Source: Lentisphaeria bacterium (GTDB taxonomy: Bacteria; Verrucomicrobiota; Lentisphaeria; Oligosphaerales; Oligosphaeraceae). From it: a stretch of 31,912 bases of DNA. Position 1 is the first letter of the stretch. Every line of letters starts with the position of its first letter. The notes below the pieces were generated by a model. The model was given only the letters and a program-made list of their open reading frames with translations, ran no database searches and had not been told where the DNA came from. The translations under genes were made by a program, and so were the position numbers. The stretch is from NCBI GenBank assembly GCA_041670605.1, contig JBAXYW010000001.1, positions 1-31,912 on the forward strand. The letters run 5' to 3'. Shown here piece after piece: positions 8,908 to 18,690 of the stretch.

Positions 8908-8937
8908 TCGACTGCCTGGATAAGGGGCTGATACAAT
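8908..8937 (+). promoter_or_regulatory. Candidate sigma70 promoter for the AlbA_2/ATPase gene
   Basis: TCGACT (8908-8913), 18-bp spacer, TGa-TACAAT extended -10 (8929-8937). Confidence 0.35.
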
Positions 8938-8984
8938 CGCCTGTTGAATTACGACTGGTAGTAATTCATCTTGAATAAGGCATA

Positions 8985-10634
8985 TTGGAGCAAAATCGAT
9001 TGAGTCAGGAAGGACAGCTGCTCGACAAAAAATCCCTTCGGTCAGTGACCGGAAAGACAGCTGACTGGAATGAGTTGGCTAAGGATTGTATTGCCTTTGC
9101 AAACGCTACCGGCGGTCGGTTGTTGATAGGTATCGAAGATAATCAGGCGTCCCCAGACGCCAACCAGATTATTCCTGACGACCTCCCGGACACCATTCGA
9201 CGCAAGCTAGCCGAGCGTACTGTCAACGTCACCTCGCTGCCAGTCATTGTTACCGATCCAAACGGTGGACGATATATAGAATTGACCATTCCTCGATCCA
9301 TAGCTGTAGCATCTACCACGGATGGACGTTATTTCCTCCGTATTGCCGATCAGAGCAAGCCTATAACTGGCGATGATGTCATGCGGCTTGCAGGTGAACG
9401 ATCAGCATTACCTTGGGAAACCCAAACCAGCCTAAATGTTGGTCGTGATAATGTTGACAGCGACAAGCTTGAAAAACTGATTAACGACCTTCGAGCTTCG
9501 GATCGAGTGAAATCGTCGGTAAAAGAAAAATCGTCAGCAGAGTTACTTGATCACTATCAGCTAGCACAGGGACAATTTCTGACAAACCTGGGTATTCTTT
9601 GCGTTGGTCAACAACGGCACCGAGTCCAGCTAGCCACGGCGCCCGTTATTCAGTTCATCAAGTACGACGAACAAGACCAGAAAGTAAACAAGCTGGTATG
9701 GGATGATCAGACTGCTAACCCGATGGAGTTAATAGAATCCGTCTGGCAAGAGATACCTGATTTTCGTGAACGCTATGAATTGCCCGATGGCCTTTTTCGC
9801 CAATACATTCCGGCCTTTGACGAGATTGTAATTCGTGAGCTTCTGGTCAATGCACTGGTTCACCGACCCTATACCCAACGAGGCGATATTTTCCTCAACC
9901 TGTTTCCGGATCGGCTCGAAATCGTTAACCCAGGACTGCTGCCTTTGGGCGTTACACCCAAAAACGTGCTTCACACCACGGTGCGCCGTAACGAAAACCT
10001 GGCCAGGTTATTCCACGACCTAAAGCTAATGGAACGAGAAGGCAGCGGCTTCGATAAGATCTATGAAATCTTGTTGTCGCAAGGCAGACCGGCACCAGAG
10101 TTAATCGAAACGCACGACCGTGTTCAGGTTACAGTGCGCAGGCGCATCCTAAAACCCGATGTCATCGACTTTATAGCGAAAGCAGACCAGACATACCAAC
10201 TCACTCAACGCGAACGCATTACCTTGGGCTTATTGGCTCAACGTGAAGCCCTTTCCGCTCGAGAATTGATTGCTGCATTAGAACTTTCATCAGTCGATGC
10301 ACTTCAACCCTGGTTATCCAGGCTGCTTGATTGGGAAATTGTTCGCAGTATTGGCCGCACCCAGGCCACTCGCTATTACATTGATCCCGCGCTATTGAGA
10401 AGTCTGGATTTTGTTGGTGGCACCACGCTCAAGCGTATCGAACCCCATCGATTACTGGCCCTGATTGTGGAGGATGTCAGGCACTATCCGTTATCCAAAA
10501 TAAGCGACATTCACCAGCGCATTGGACCCGAGATACCTCGTTCGCGCATCAGGCGTAGTATTGAACAATTGGTTAATGACGGCAAGTTGCAGGCAGAGGG
10601 GGTGCGAAGTGGCACACGCTATCGTCTCCCATAA
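8985..10634 (+). CDS. AlbA_2/Schlafen-domain protein with RecG-C-like ATP-binding domain and C-terminal wHTH
   Basis: EGQLLDKK and IAFANATGGRLLIGIED (AlbA_2 signature); IRELLVNALVHRPY, NPG, RRNENLA, EREGSGF (HATPase_c_4-like); C-terminal wHTH ending GVRSGTRYRL. The TTG start is uncertain. Confidence 0.85.
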   Translation: MEQNRLSQEGQLLDKKSLRSVTGKTADWNELAKDCIAFANATGGRLLIGIEDNQASPDANQIIPDDLPDTIRRKLAERTVNVTSLPVIVTDPNGGRYIELTIPRSIAVASTTDGRYFLRIADQSKPITGDDVMRLAGERSALPWETQTSLNVGRDNVDSDKLEKLINDLRASDRVKSSVKEKSSAELLDHYQLAQGQFLTNLGILCVGQQRHRVQLATAPVIQFIKYDEQDQKVNKLVWDDQTANPMELIESVWQEIPDFRERYELPDGLFRQYIPAFDEIVIRELLVNALVHRPYTQRGDIFLNLFPDRLEIVNPGLLPLGVTPKNVLHTTVRRNENLARLFHDLKLMEREGSGFDKIYEILLSQGRPAPELIETHDRVQVTVRRRILKPDVIDFIAKADQTYQLTQRERITLGLLAQREALSARELIAALELSSVDALQPWLSRLLDWEIVRSIGRTQATRYYIDPALLRSLDFVGGTTLKRIEPHRLLALIVEDVRHYPLSKISDIHQRIGPEIPRSRIRRSIEQLVNDGKLQAEGVRSGTRYRLP

Positions 10635-10635
10635 T

Positions 10636-10773
10636 TTGGCTCAAAATCGGCTCTATCGGCCAAGCTTGAGTCAAACAGCTGCGCTAAATAGCCAGCATTT
10701 TGAAATAAGTGATTGTAATAAAATGTATTTTTTTTGGCTCACATTTAAATCATGAACCAAGTTGACGAGCCAA
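10636..10773. repeat. Array of TTGGCTCA-like 8-mers in both orientations
   Basis: Exact forward copies at 10636 and 10734; reverse 7/8 copies at 10667, 10753 and 10766; 6/8 copies at 10647 and 10656. Confidence 0.55.
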
Positions 10774-10829
10774 AATGGGCGATACTCCAGAAGTTACGGT
10801 ATACAACGCGGCAGGGAAGACGGTAACGC

Positions 10830-13628
10830 ATGTCTAAATCCGAAGCACAAACGCGCGCAGAGCTTATCGATCAGCACCTTGCCCAATCTGGCTGGAATGT
10901 TAAAGACCCTACACAGGTCGTCGAAGAATTCGACATCTTGACGGGTCTGCCAGAGGGCGTGGATGAACCACGTACGCCTTACGAGGGTCACCAATTCAGC
11001 GACTACGTCCTGCTGGGCAAAGATCGTAAACCACTGGCCGTCATCGAAGCCAAGAAGTCCAGCCGTGATGCCGCCATAGGCCGTGAGCAAGCCAAGCAAT
11101 ACTGCTACAACATTCAGAAGCAGTTGGGCTGCGAGTTGCCGTTCTGCTTTTACACCAATGGCCTCGAAACCTACTTTTGGGATCTGGAAAATGCCCCGCC
11201 GCGCAAAGTGGTTGGCTTTCCTACCCGTGATGATCTTGAACGCTTTGCCTACATCCGTCGCAATCGCAAACCATTGACGCAGGAGTTTATCAATACATCT
11301 ATTGCTGGCCGAGATTATCAAATCCGTGCCATCCGTGCTGTGCTGGAAGGCATCGAGCAAAAGAAGCGTGATTTTCTTTTAGTCATGGCCACCGGCACCG
11401 GCAAGACCCGTACCTGTATTGCCATGACCGATGCCTTGATGCGCGCTGCTCATGCCGAAAAGGTGCTGTTCCTCGTCGACCGCATCGCGCTGCGCGAACA
11501 GGCACTACTGGCCTTCAAAGAGCACTTACCCAACGAACCACGCTGGCCCAACGTGGGCGAAAAACTGATTGCCAAAGATCGCCGCATTTACGTGGCCACC
11601 TATCCCACGATGCTCAACGTCATACGGGATGAGACCCAACATTTGTCACCGCATTTTTTCGACTTCATCGTGGTCGATGAAAGCCACCGCTCGATTTACA
11701 ACACCTATGGCGAAATCCTCGATTACTTCAAAACCCTCACCCTGGGCTTGACGGCGACACCGACCGACATCATAGACCACAACACCTTCCAGCTTTTTCA
11801 CTGTGAAGATGGTCTGCCAACCTTTGCCTACACCTTTGAGGAAGCCGTTAACCGGGTGCCGCCTTACCTCTGCAACTTTCAGGTCATGAAGATTCAGACC
11901 AAGTTCCAGATGGAGGGCATCAGCAAGCGCACCATTTCACTGGAAGACCAGAAAAAGCTTATTTTGCAAGGCAAGGATGTCGAGGAAATTAACTTCGAAG
12001 GTACCCAGCTCGAAAAGCAAGTCATCAACAAAGGCACCAATACCCTGATCGTCAAGGAGTTCATGGAGGAGTGCATCAAGGACACCAATGGTGTACTGCC
12101 CGGCAAGACCATTTTCTTCTGCTCATCCAAAGCCCACGCCCGCCGCATCGAAGAAATCTTCGACAAACTCTATCCGCAATACCACGGCGAACTGGCCAAG
12201 GTCCTTGTGTCTGACGATCCTCGCGTGTATGGCAAAGGTGGCTTGCTGGATCAGTTCACCAACAATGACATGCCGCGCGTCGCCATCAGCGTGGATATGC
12301 TCGATACTGGTATCGACGTGCGCGAGATCGTCAACCTTGTTTTCGCCAAGCCGGTGTATTCATATACCAAATTCTGGCAGATGATCGGACGTGGTACCCG
12401 GTTGCTCGAAACCAGCAAGCCCAAACCTTGGTGTACCGAAAAGGATGTGTTTCTAATTATCGATTGCTGGGATAACTTTGAATACTTCAAGCTGCAACCC
12501 AAAGGCAAGGAACTGAAACCGCAGTTGCCGCTGCCGGTGCGCCTGGTCGGACTGCGCCTGGACAAGATTGAAAAAGCCATTGACAGCGGCCGTGCCGATG
12601 TTGCCGAGAGAGAAGTTGCCAAACTGCGCCGGCAGGTCGCCGCACTACCCAAGGAATCCGTGGTAATCAAAGAGGCCGCCACCGCGTTGGCCCGCCTCGA
12701 CGAGGAAAACTTCTGGATCAGCCTGAACCATCAGAGGCTTGAATTTCTACGCGCCGAGATTAAGCCCCTTTTTCGCACTGTTTCCGAAGCCGACTTCAAA
12801 GCCATGCGTTTCGAGCGCGACCTGCTTGAATATTCGTTGGCTCTGCTAAATGAAGACAAGGAACAAGCCGACACCCTCAAGGATGGCATCGTCGAGCAAA
12901 TCAGTGAGCTGCCGCTCTCGGTCAGCTTCGTAAAGCAGGAAGAAACCCTGATTCGCGCCGCGCAAACCAACCATTACTGGGCCAAGGCCGATGAAGACCG
13001 TTTTGACGAAATGGTAGAAAAACTCGGCCCGCTGATGAAATTCCGCGAACAAATGACCGGTCCCGGCCCGGTGCATCTCGATCTGACCGATGTACTGCAC
13101 AACAAGGAAATCGTCGAGTTCGGCCCGCAACACGAGGCCGTCAGCATCAGCCGCTACCGCGAGATGGTCGAAGCCTTAATTAACGAATTGACCGCGCACA
13201 ACCCAATACTGCTGAAGATCAAGCACGGTGAAGCGGTCACGCTAGACGAGGCCGATCAACTGGCCGAACTGCTGCACGATGAGCACCCGCACATCACCGA
13301 AGACTTGCTGCGCCAGGTCTATAAAAATCACAAGGCCCGCTTCATCCAATTCATCCGCCACATTCTCGGTATTGAAGTACTTAAGAGCTTTCCCGATGAA
13401 GTCAGTGCCGCATTTGCCCAGTTCATTCGTGCCCATACCACACTCACCAACCGTCAATTGGAATTCCTCAACCTATTAGAGAAGTTCATCATCGAACGCG
13501 AAAAAGTGGATAAAAAAGATCTGATCAATACGCCCTTCACGGTCATTCACCCGCAAGGTATCCGTGGTGTATTCAGTCCTGCCGAAATCAACGAAATCTT
13601 GCAGTTAACCGAACGGTTGGCTGCGTAA
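10830..13628 (+). CDS. hsdR: Type I restriction endonuclease subunit R (EcoAI/EcoEI-like architecture)
   Basis: SDYVL...VIEAKK nuclease motif, MATGTGKT, DESH, LTATP, QMIGRGTR, and an EcoEI_R_C-like C-terminus. Confidence 0.95.
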   Translation: MSKSEAQTRAELIDQHLAQSGWNVKDPTQVVEEFDILTGLPEGVDEPRTPYEGHQFSDYVLLGKDRKPLAVIEAKKSSRDAAIGREQAKQYCYNIQKQLGCELPFCFYTNGLETYFWDLENAPPRKVVGFPTRDDLERFAYIRRNRKPLTQEFINTSIAGRDYQIRAIRAVLEGIEQKKRDFLLVMATGTGKTRTCIAMTDALMRAAHAEKVLFLVDRIALREQALLAFKEHLPNEPRWPNVGEKLIAKDRRIYVATYPTMLNVIRDETQHLSPHFFDFIVVDESHRSIYNTYGEILDYFKTLTLGLTATPTDIIDHNTFQLFHCEDGLPTFAYTFEEAVNRVPPYLCNFQVMKIQTKFQMEGISKRTISLEDQKKLILQGKDVEEINFEGTQLEKQVINKGTNTLIVKEFMEECIKDTNGVLPGKTIFFCSSKAHARRIEEIFDKLYPQYHGELAKVLVSDDPRVYGKGGLLDQFTNNDMPRVAISVDMLDTGIDVREIVNLVFAKPVYSYTKFWQMIGRGTRLLETSKPKPWCTEKDVFLIIDCWDNFEYFKLQPKGKELKPQLPLPVRLVGLRLDKIEKAIDSGRADVAEREVAKLRRQVAALPKESVVIKEAATALARLDEENFWISLNHQRLEFLRAEIKPLFRTVSEADFKAMRFERDLLEYSLALLNEDKEQADTLKDGIVEQISELPLSVSFVKQEETLIRAAQTNHYWAKADEDRFDEMVEKLGPLMKFREQMTGPGPVHLDLTDVLHNKEIVEFGPQHEAVSISRYREMVEALINELTAHNPILLKIKHGEAVTLDEADQLAELLHDEHPHITEDLLRQVYKNHKARFIQFIRHILGIEVLKSFPDEVSAAFAQFIRAHTTLTNRQLEFLNLLEKFIIEREKVDKKDLINTPFTVIHPQGIRGVFSPAEINEILQLTERLAA

Positions 13629-13642
13629 TACAAAGGTAAACC

Positions 13643-15349
13643 ATGCTCCAAAACAACCCCGAACTCAAAAGCAAGATCGACCAGCTCTGGAACAAATTCT
13701 GGAGCGGCGGCATCAGCAACCCGCTTACCGCCATCGAGCAAATCACTTATTTGCTATTCATGAAGCGGCTCGACGAACTGGACCATAAAAAACAGGCTGA
13801 CGCCGAATGGACGGGAGAGCCCTACACATCCAAATTTAAGGGTACATGGATTCCGACCGAATACCGGGCGCGGCGAGAAGAAAAAGATACGGATGCTGAA
13901 TGGTTGAAAAAGCTCGAAGATGAGCAGCGCTACGCCATCGATAAAAACACTCTGCGCTGGACTGAATTCAAACACATGCAGGCCGAAGAGATGCTGCAGC
14001 ACGTGCAAGGGAAGGTGTTCCCATTTCTCAAAGACCTTAACGGCGCCGAGTCCAACTTCACCCACCACATGAAAAACGCGGTGTTCATCATTCCCAAGCC
14101 AGCGTTGCTGGTGGAAGCGGTGAAGACCATCGACGAAATCTTCGCAGTGATGGAGAAGGATTCGCAGGAAAAAGGTCAGGCTTTTCAGGACATCCAGGGT
14201 GATGTCTATGAAATGCTGCTGTCGGAAATCGCTACCGCCGGAAAAAACGGCCAGTTCCGCACCCCTCGCCACATCATCAAACTGATGGCCGATCTTGTAC
14301 AACCGCAACTGGGCCATAAGATAGCCGATCCGGCATGCGGCTCAGGTGGTTTCTTGCTCGGTGCGTATCAGTACATCGTCACTCAGCTCGCCATCAAAGC
14401 AGGCACCAAAGACCTAGCTCCAGATGAAGATGGCTTTGTACGCACCTCGGTCGCCGCCGCGCTCACCGAAAATGCCCAAGCCATTCTGTCCGGTTCGCTT
14501 TGGGGTTACGACATCGACGGCACCATGGTGCGCCTGGGGTTGATGAACCTGATGATGCACGGCATCGACGAACCGCATATCGATTACAAGGACACGCTCA
14601 GCAAGAGCTTTGTCGAAGAGTCCGAATACGACATCGTGATGGCCAATCCGCCGTTTACCGGCAGCATCGACAAGGGCGACATCAACGAAAACCTGCAACT
14701 GGCCACTACCAAAACCGAGCTGCTGTTTGTTGAGAATATCTACCGCCTGCTAAAAATAGGCGGTACCGCTGGTGTGATTGTGCCGCAGGGGGTGCTGTTT
14801 GGTTCTGGCGGCGCCTTCAAAACCCTACGCCAGTTGCTGGTGGAGCGTTGCGACCTCAAGGCCGTCATCACCCTGCCCAGCGGCGTGTTCAAACCCTATG
14901 CCGGGGTCAGCACTGCCATTCTGTTGTTTACCAAGGTCTGGGGGCCGAAAGACAAAGTCACCCAGCCTGCCACCAAACACATCTGGTTTTACGAAATGGC
15001 CGCCGACGGCTATTCGCTGGACGACAAACGTAGCAAGCAGGAAGGCAATGGCGACCTGCAAGACATCATTACCAAATACCACGTCCGCAACTCGGCCACC
15101 GACACTGACCGCACGGCGAAATACTTCATGGTGCCGCGTACCGAGATCGCAGACGAAAAGAACAACTATGACCTTTCGCTGTCACGCTACAAAACCGATG
15201 TGTTCGAGGAAGTACACTACGACGCGCCGGGCGTGATTCTGGATCGGTTGATTCAGGCCGAGGTAGGCGATGTGGACGAGACGGGACTTGCCAAGGTGCA
15301 AAGCGGAATCGTGCGCGAGTTGTTGGAATTGAAGGGGATGGTGGGATGA
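13643..15349 (+). CDS. hsdM: Type I R-M methyltransferase subunit M
   Basis: GQFRTPRHII, DPACGSGGFL (motif I) and NPPF (motif IV, N6-adenine). Confidence 0.95.
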   Translation: MLQNNPELKSKIDQLWNKFWSGGISNPLTAIEQITYLLFMKRLDELDHKKQADAEWTGEPYTSKFKGTWIPTEYRARREEKDTDAEWLKKLEDEQRYAIDKNTLRWTEFKHMQAEEMLQHVQGKVFPFLKDLNGAESNFTHHMKNAVFIIPKPALLVEAVKTIDEIFAVMEKDSQEKGQAFQDIQGDVYEMLLSEIATAGKNGQFRTPRHIIKLMADLVQPQLGHKIADPACGSGGFLLGAYQYIVTQLAIKAGTKDLAPDEDGFVRTSVAAALTENAQAILSGSLWGYDIDGTMVRLGLMNLMMHGIDEPHIDYKDTLSKSFVEESEYDIVMANPPFTGSIDKGDINENLQLATTKTELLFVENIYRLLKIGGTAGVIVPQGVLFGSGGAFKTLRQLLVERCDLKAVITLPSGVFKPYAGVSTAILLFTKVWGPKDKVTQPATKHIWFYEMAADGYSLDDKRSKQEGNGDLQDIITKYHVRNSATDTDRTAKYFMVPRTEIADEKNNYDLSLSRYKTDVFEEVHYDAPGVILDRLIQAEVGDVDETGLAKVQSGIVRELLELKGMVG

Positions 15350-16890
15350 AAGTTAAATCCCTAAACGAAATTACAAACCCAAAGCAATGGAAGAACCTTC
15401 CAATCTCAAAGCTGAAAGATTCAGGGTTCCCTGTGTATGGGGCAAACGGAATTATTGGTTTTTTTGACGAATACAATCATGCGAATCCCACCATCGCTAT
15501 TACATGCCGAGGCGCAACGTGCGGAAATATTCACATCACTCGTGAAAATTCCTATATCACTTCAAATGCGATGGCGCTTGATGACCTCGACGAAAACGAG
15601 TGCGAGCTAAATTATCTAGCACAGTACCTTCGATATCGTGGCTTGAGTGATGTAACGACGGGCGCAGCGCAGCCGCAAATAACCAGAGCAAATTTAGAAA
15701 AAGTAACAATACCCCTACCGCCCCTCGACGACCAAATCCGCATTGCCCATCTTCTCGGCAAAGTGGAAGGGCTGATCGCCCGGCGCAAACAGCACCTGCA
15801 ACAACTCGACGACCTGCTCAAGAGCGTGTTTCTGGAGATGTTTGGCGACCCGGTGAGGAATGAGAAGGGGTGGGTCACCAAAACGCTCCCTCAACTTGTT
15901 CTTCCAGGAAAGAATTCCTTAAAGCGGGGGCCATTCGGGGGAGCTCTAAAGAAGGAAATCTTTGTTGAGACGGGCTATTTGGTTTATGAACAAAACCACG
16001 CCCTAAACAATGATTATTCATTCGCAAGGTACTTTGTAACAGAGGAAAAATATCAAGAGTTAATCGACTTCAAAGTCGTGCCTGGAGATGTATTGATTAG
16101 CTGTTCGGGCGTCTATTTGGGAAAGCTATCTATAGTCCCTGCAGATGCGAAGCCTGGGATCATCAATCAGGCGCTACTTAAGGTTTCGTTGGATCCTCGA
16201 AAGATTCGGCATAGGTTCTTTGTTCATGTCTTTGGGAGTCCGCAGTTCAAAGGAAAATACTTCCCCTCAAATCGTGGTGGGGCTATACCGAACCTGCCGC
16301 CAATGTCGGTAATGAAGGAAATCCCGTTTATTTACCCGCCACTTGAGTTACAGCAGGATTTCACGGACCTTTTCGAAAAGGTGGAGTGGCTCAAGTCTCA
16401 GTACCAGCAAAGCCTCACCGATCTGGAGTCACTTTACGGCGTAGTGAGCCAGCAGGCATTCAAGGGTGAGCTGGATTTGTCGCGCGTACCGCTACCGACC
16501 ATGCCGCCCGAAGGAGAACAACCTATGGCTATCGAGCTATCACCACCACAGACCGAAGAAATCGCCATCAATCTGCCCGATAATGAATTAATGTTGATCG
16601 CACTGGAGAATCCAGAGCAACGCCCAGCACTGCTCGGCCACTGGCTGGAGGCTTATCGCGGGCAGCTCGGCGACGCCCCCTTTTCCTTGGAGCGCTTCAT
16701 GGCTGCCGCGCAAACCCGGCTCTCTGAATTGCATCCGGACACTGACTTTGAGTTGGGTTCTGACGACTACGAGCACATCAAGACATGGGCATTTGAGGCA
16801 CTGGCCTCCGGCAAATTGATGCAAGTACTTGACGATGACGAGAACCTAATTAAATTGCGCAAGCGATCTGATCAATGGGGAAGTTGGTAA
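15346..16890 (+). CDS. hsdS: Type I R-M specificity subunit S, two TRDs plus a ~138-aa C-terminal extension
   Basis: TRD1 (PVYGANG...AQPQIT), conserved PLPPLDDQIRIA...FLEMFGDP, TRD2, then PPLELQQDF...AFKGEL ending at 16473, followed by extra sequence. ATGA overlap with hsdM. Confidence 0.92.
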   Translation: MKVKSLNEITNPKQWKNLPISKLKDSGFPVYGANGIIGFFDEYNHANPTIAITCRGATCGNIHITRENSYITSNAMALDDLDENECELNYLAQYLRYRGLSDVTTGAAQPQITRANLEKVTIPLPPLDDQIRIAHLLGKVEGLIARRKQHLQQLDDLLKSVFLEMFGDPVRNEKGWVTKTLPQLVLPGKNSLKRGPFGGALKKEIFVETGYLVYEQNHALNNDYSFARYFVTEEKYQELIDFKVVPGDVLISCSGVYLGKLSIVPADAKPGIINQALLKVSLDPRKIRHRFFVHVFGSPQFKGKYFPSNRGGAIPNLPPMSVMKEIPFIYPPLELQQDFTDLFEKVEWLKSQYQQSLTDLESLYGVVSQQAFKGELDLSRVPLPTMPPEGEQPMAIELSPPQTEEIAINLPDNELMLIALENPEQRPALLGHWLEAYRGQLGDAPFSLERFMAAAQTRLSELHPDTDFELGSDDYEHIKTWAFEALASGKLMQVLDDDENLIKLRKRSDQWGSW

Positions 16891-16893
16891 GCG

Positions 16894-18690
16894 ATGAAAC
16901 TGCTGCGCCTCAAGATTACCGACCCGGCAGGATTTCGCAGCCTTACCTGTGGTTTTGAGCATCACTTCCGCACCGAATGGTCGTTACAGGAAGAACTGAC
17001 CAAGCCCGAAGGCTTCGCCCCCTTCGTCTGCGCCGGACCCAATGGCAGTGGCAAATCCAATCTGCTTGAGGCCCTGGCGGCGATTTTCTTTCAGTTGGAA
17101 ATATTGCGCGTGCGGCGCAGTTTTCTGCCAGAGGTGTTGCAAAGCGATGAGCTCGATTATTCTCCCAAAGGTTTCGAGCTGGACTACCTGATCCAAGTGC
17201 CGCCCGAATACATCAGACCAGATGGACAGGTGTGGGCTAAAGTTGGCGTATGGAAGAATCCTGGAGAATCCGTTCGATTGAATTGGGAGAATCAAGGTGA
17301 TTTCGATACCGATATATACGAGGTCTTCAGGGCTGGCTTTGCGGATATTTTGTTACCCCAATACGTGTTGGGATACTCGTCAGGCGAGAACGAAATCCTG
17401 AGCTTGCCATTCTTCAAGCTGCGCTTCGTGCAGTTCGACGAGTACTGGAATGCTCTGACCCGGCAGTTGCCTTATCCGGGGCACCCGGAAACTCGGCTGG
17501 CCTATCTCGACAATGGTTTTAGCCAAGCCATCCTGTTGTGTAATCTGCTATTTCAGGACGCCGCCACACTGCAACCCTTTCGCGAGGATATCGGCATTGA
17601 GGCGCTGCAGGAGTTTCGCATCATCATCAAGCGCAGCATTGAGGTTTCAGTCGACGTCGCCGAAGGTTTTATGGCGGGCGACTATGTCGAGAAAGGATAT
17701 GTTCAGGACGACTACACTACCTCAAATCCAGCACTGAGAAAGGATAGTGAATCCGGTCGCTACACCATCAATCTGATGCAGCTGCTGGAAGCTAGTTCAA
17801 ACTCCGCAAAGAATTTCGATCCCTTGGTCACCCGCCTGAGGCGCTGCGCCACGCTGAGTTATGTGGACGACGCGAACGACACGCTGATTCTTGACTTTTG
17901 GGTCAATGAAGAAACAAAAAAGGCATTCCGGGCCAATTTTGAAGATGACCCACTGATGCTGTTCCAGGCTTTTCAGGTGTTGCTGACACTCAATCTGTAT
18001 TCCGTGAGTGATGCGCTCAAGTCCGACCTGTACCGTTCCACCAGCCACTACGCCAGTGAAACGGTGCCGACGCTGGCGTCTGACCAGCGCATCATGCGCT
18101 TCAAGTTCGTGCGTTTCAGCAAACAGGGTGTGACACAGCCGATGATGCTCAAAGAATTGTCGGACGGCGAGCACCAGTTGCTGCACAGCCTGGGCTTGTG
18201 CCTGTTGTTTCGAGAGACCAATAGTCTGTTCCTGCTGGACGAGCCAGAGACTCACTTCAACCCAGACTGGCGCGCCAACTTCATCACCCGCCTGCGCCAG
18301 TGCCTCCCCGGTACGGGGAATGTGGGGCAGGAAATGCTGATCACCACCCACACGCCGTTTTTGATTTCGGACAGCAAACCGGACAAGGTGCTGGTGTTTA
18401 AGAAGGACAAAAGTACCGGTGAAGTCAGCATCAGCCGCCCGGAATACAACACGCTGGGGGCTTCGATCAACAAGATCACCATGAGCACCTTCGGCAAGCG
18501 TGAGACCATCGGTGGGTATGCGCAGGAAATTCTAGACCGGCTACGTACCCGCTTCGATGCCGGCAACGAAGAGGCATCCGTATTGATTGAAGAAATCAAC
18601 CACGAACTTGGTGACTCGGTGGAAAAAATCCTGTTGATCAAGGCCATTCTTGACAAGGTTGAGGGTCCGCAATCGGAGGGCAAAGGCTGA
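16894..18690 (+). CDS. Restriction-system-associated ABC/AAA ATPase (PtuA-like)
   Basis: Walker A GPNGSGKS, signature LSDGE, Walker B LLDEPETH, H-loop TTHTP. Starts 3 bp after hsdS. Confidence 0.88.
   Translation: MKLLRLKITDPAGFRSLTCGFEHHFRTEWSLQEELTKPEGFAPFVCAGPNGSGKSNLLEALAAIFFQLEILRVRRSFLPEVLQSDELDYSPKGFELDYLIQVPPEYIRPDGQVWAKVGVWKNPGESVRLNWENQGDFDTDIYEVFRAGFADILLPQYVLGYSSGENEILSLPFFKLRFVQFDEYWNALTRQLPYPGHPETRLAYLDNGFSQAILLCNLLFQDAATLQPFREDIGIEALQEFRIIIKRSIEVSVDVAEGFMAGDYVEKGYVQDDYTTSNPALRKDSESGRYTINLMQLLEASSNSAKNFDPLVTRLRRCATLSYVDDANDTLILDFWVNEETKKAFRANFEDDPLMLFQAFQVLLTLNLYSVSDALKSDLYRSTSHYASETVPTLASDQRIMRFKFVRFSKQGVTQPMMLKELSDGEHQLLHSLGLCLLFRETNSLFLLDEPETHFNPDWRANFITRLRQCLPGTGNVGQEMLITTHTPFLISDSKPDKVLVFKKDKSTGEVSISRPEYNTLGASINKITMSTFGKRETIGGYAQEILDRLRTRFDAGNEEASVLIEEINHELGDSVEKILLIKAILDKVEGPQSEGKG

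Noticed and set aside
10522-10755. 77-aa ORF spanning the AlbA_2 gene end and the repeat array; also 19978-20184 (minus)
   Set aside because: They overlap real genes or regulatory DNA and have no coding hallmarks.
10762-10786. TTGACG...GATACT promoter for hsdR1
   Set aside because: The spacer is only 13 bp.
10794-11360. 188-aa minus-strand ORF and other long antisense ORFs (13754-14317, 17797-18351, 24352-24933, 25378-25992, 27977-28705)
   Set aside because: They lie entirely opposite well-supported genes, carry no motifs, and are typical antisense shadows of GC-biased coding sequence.
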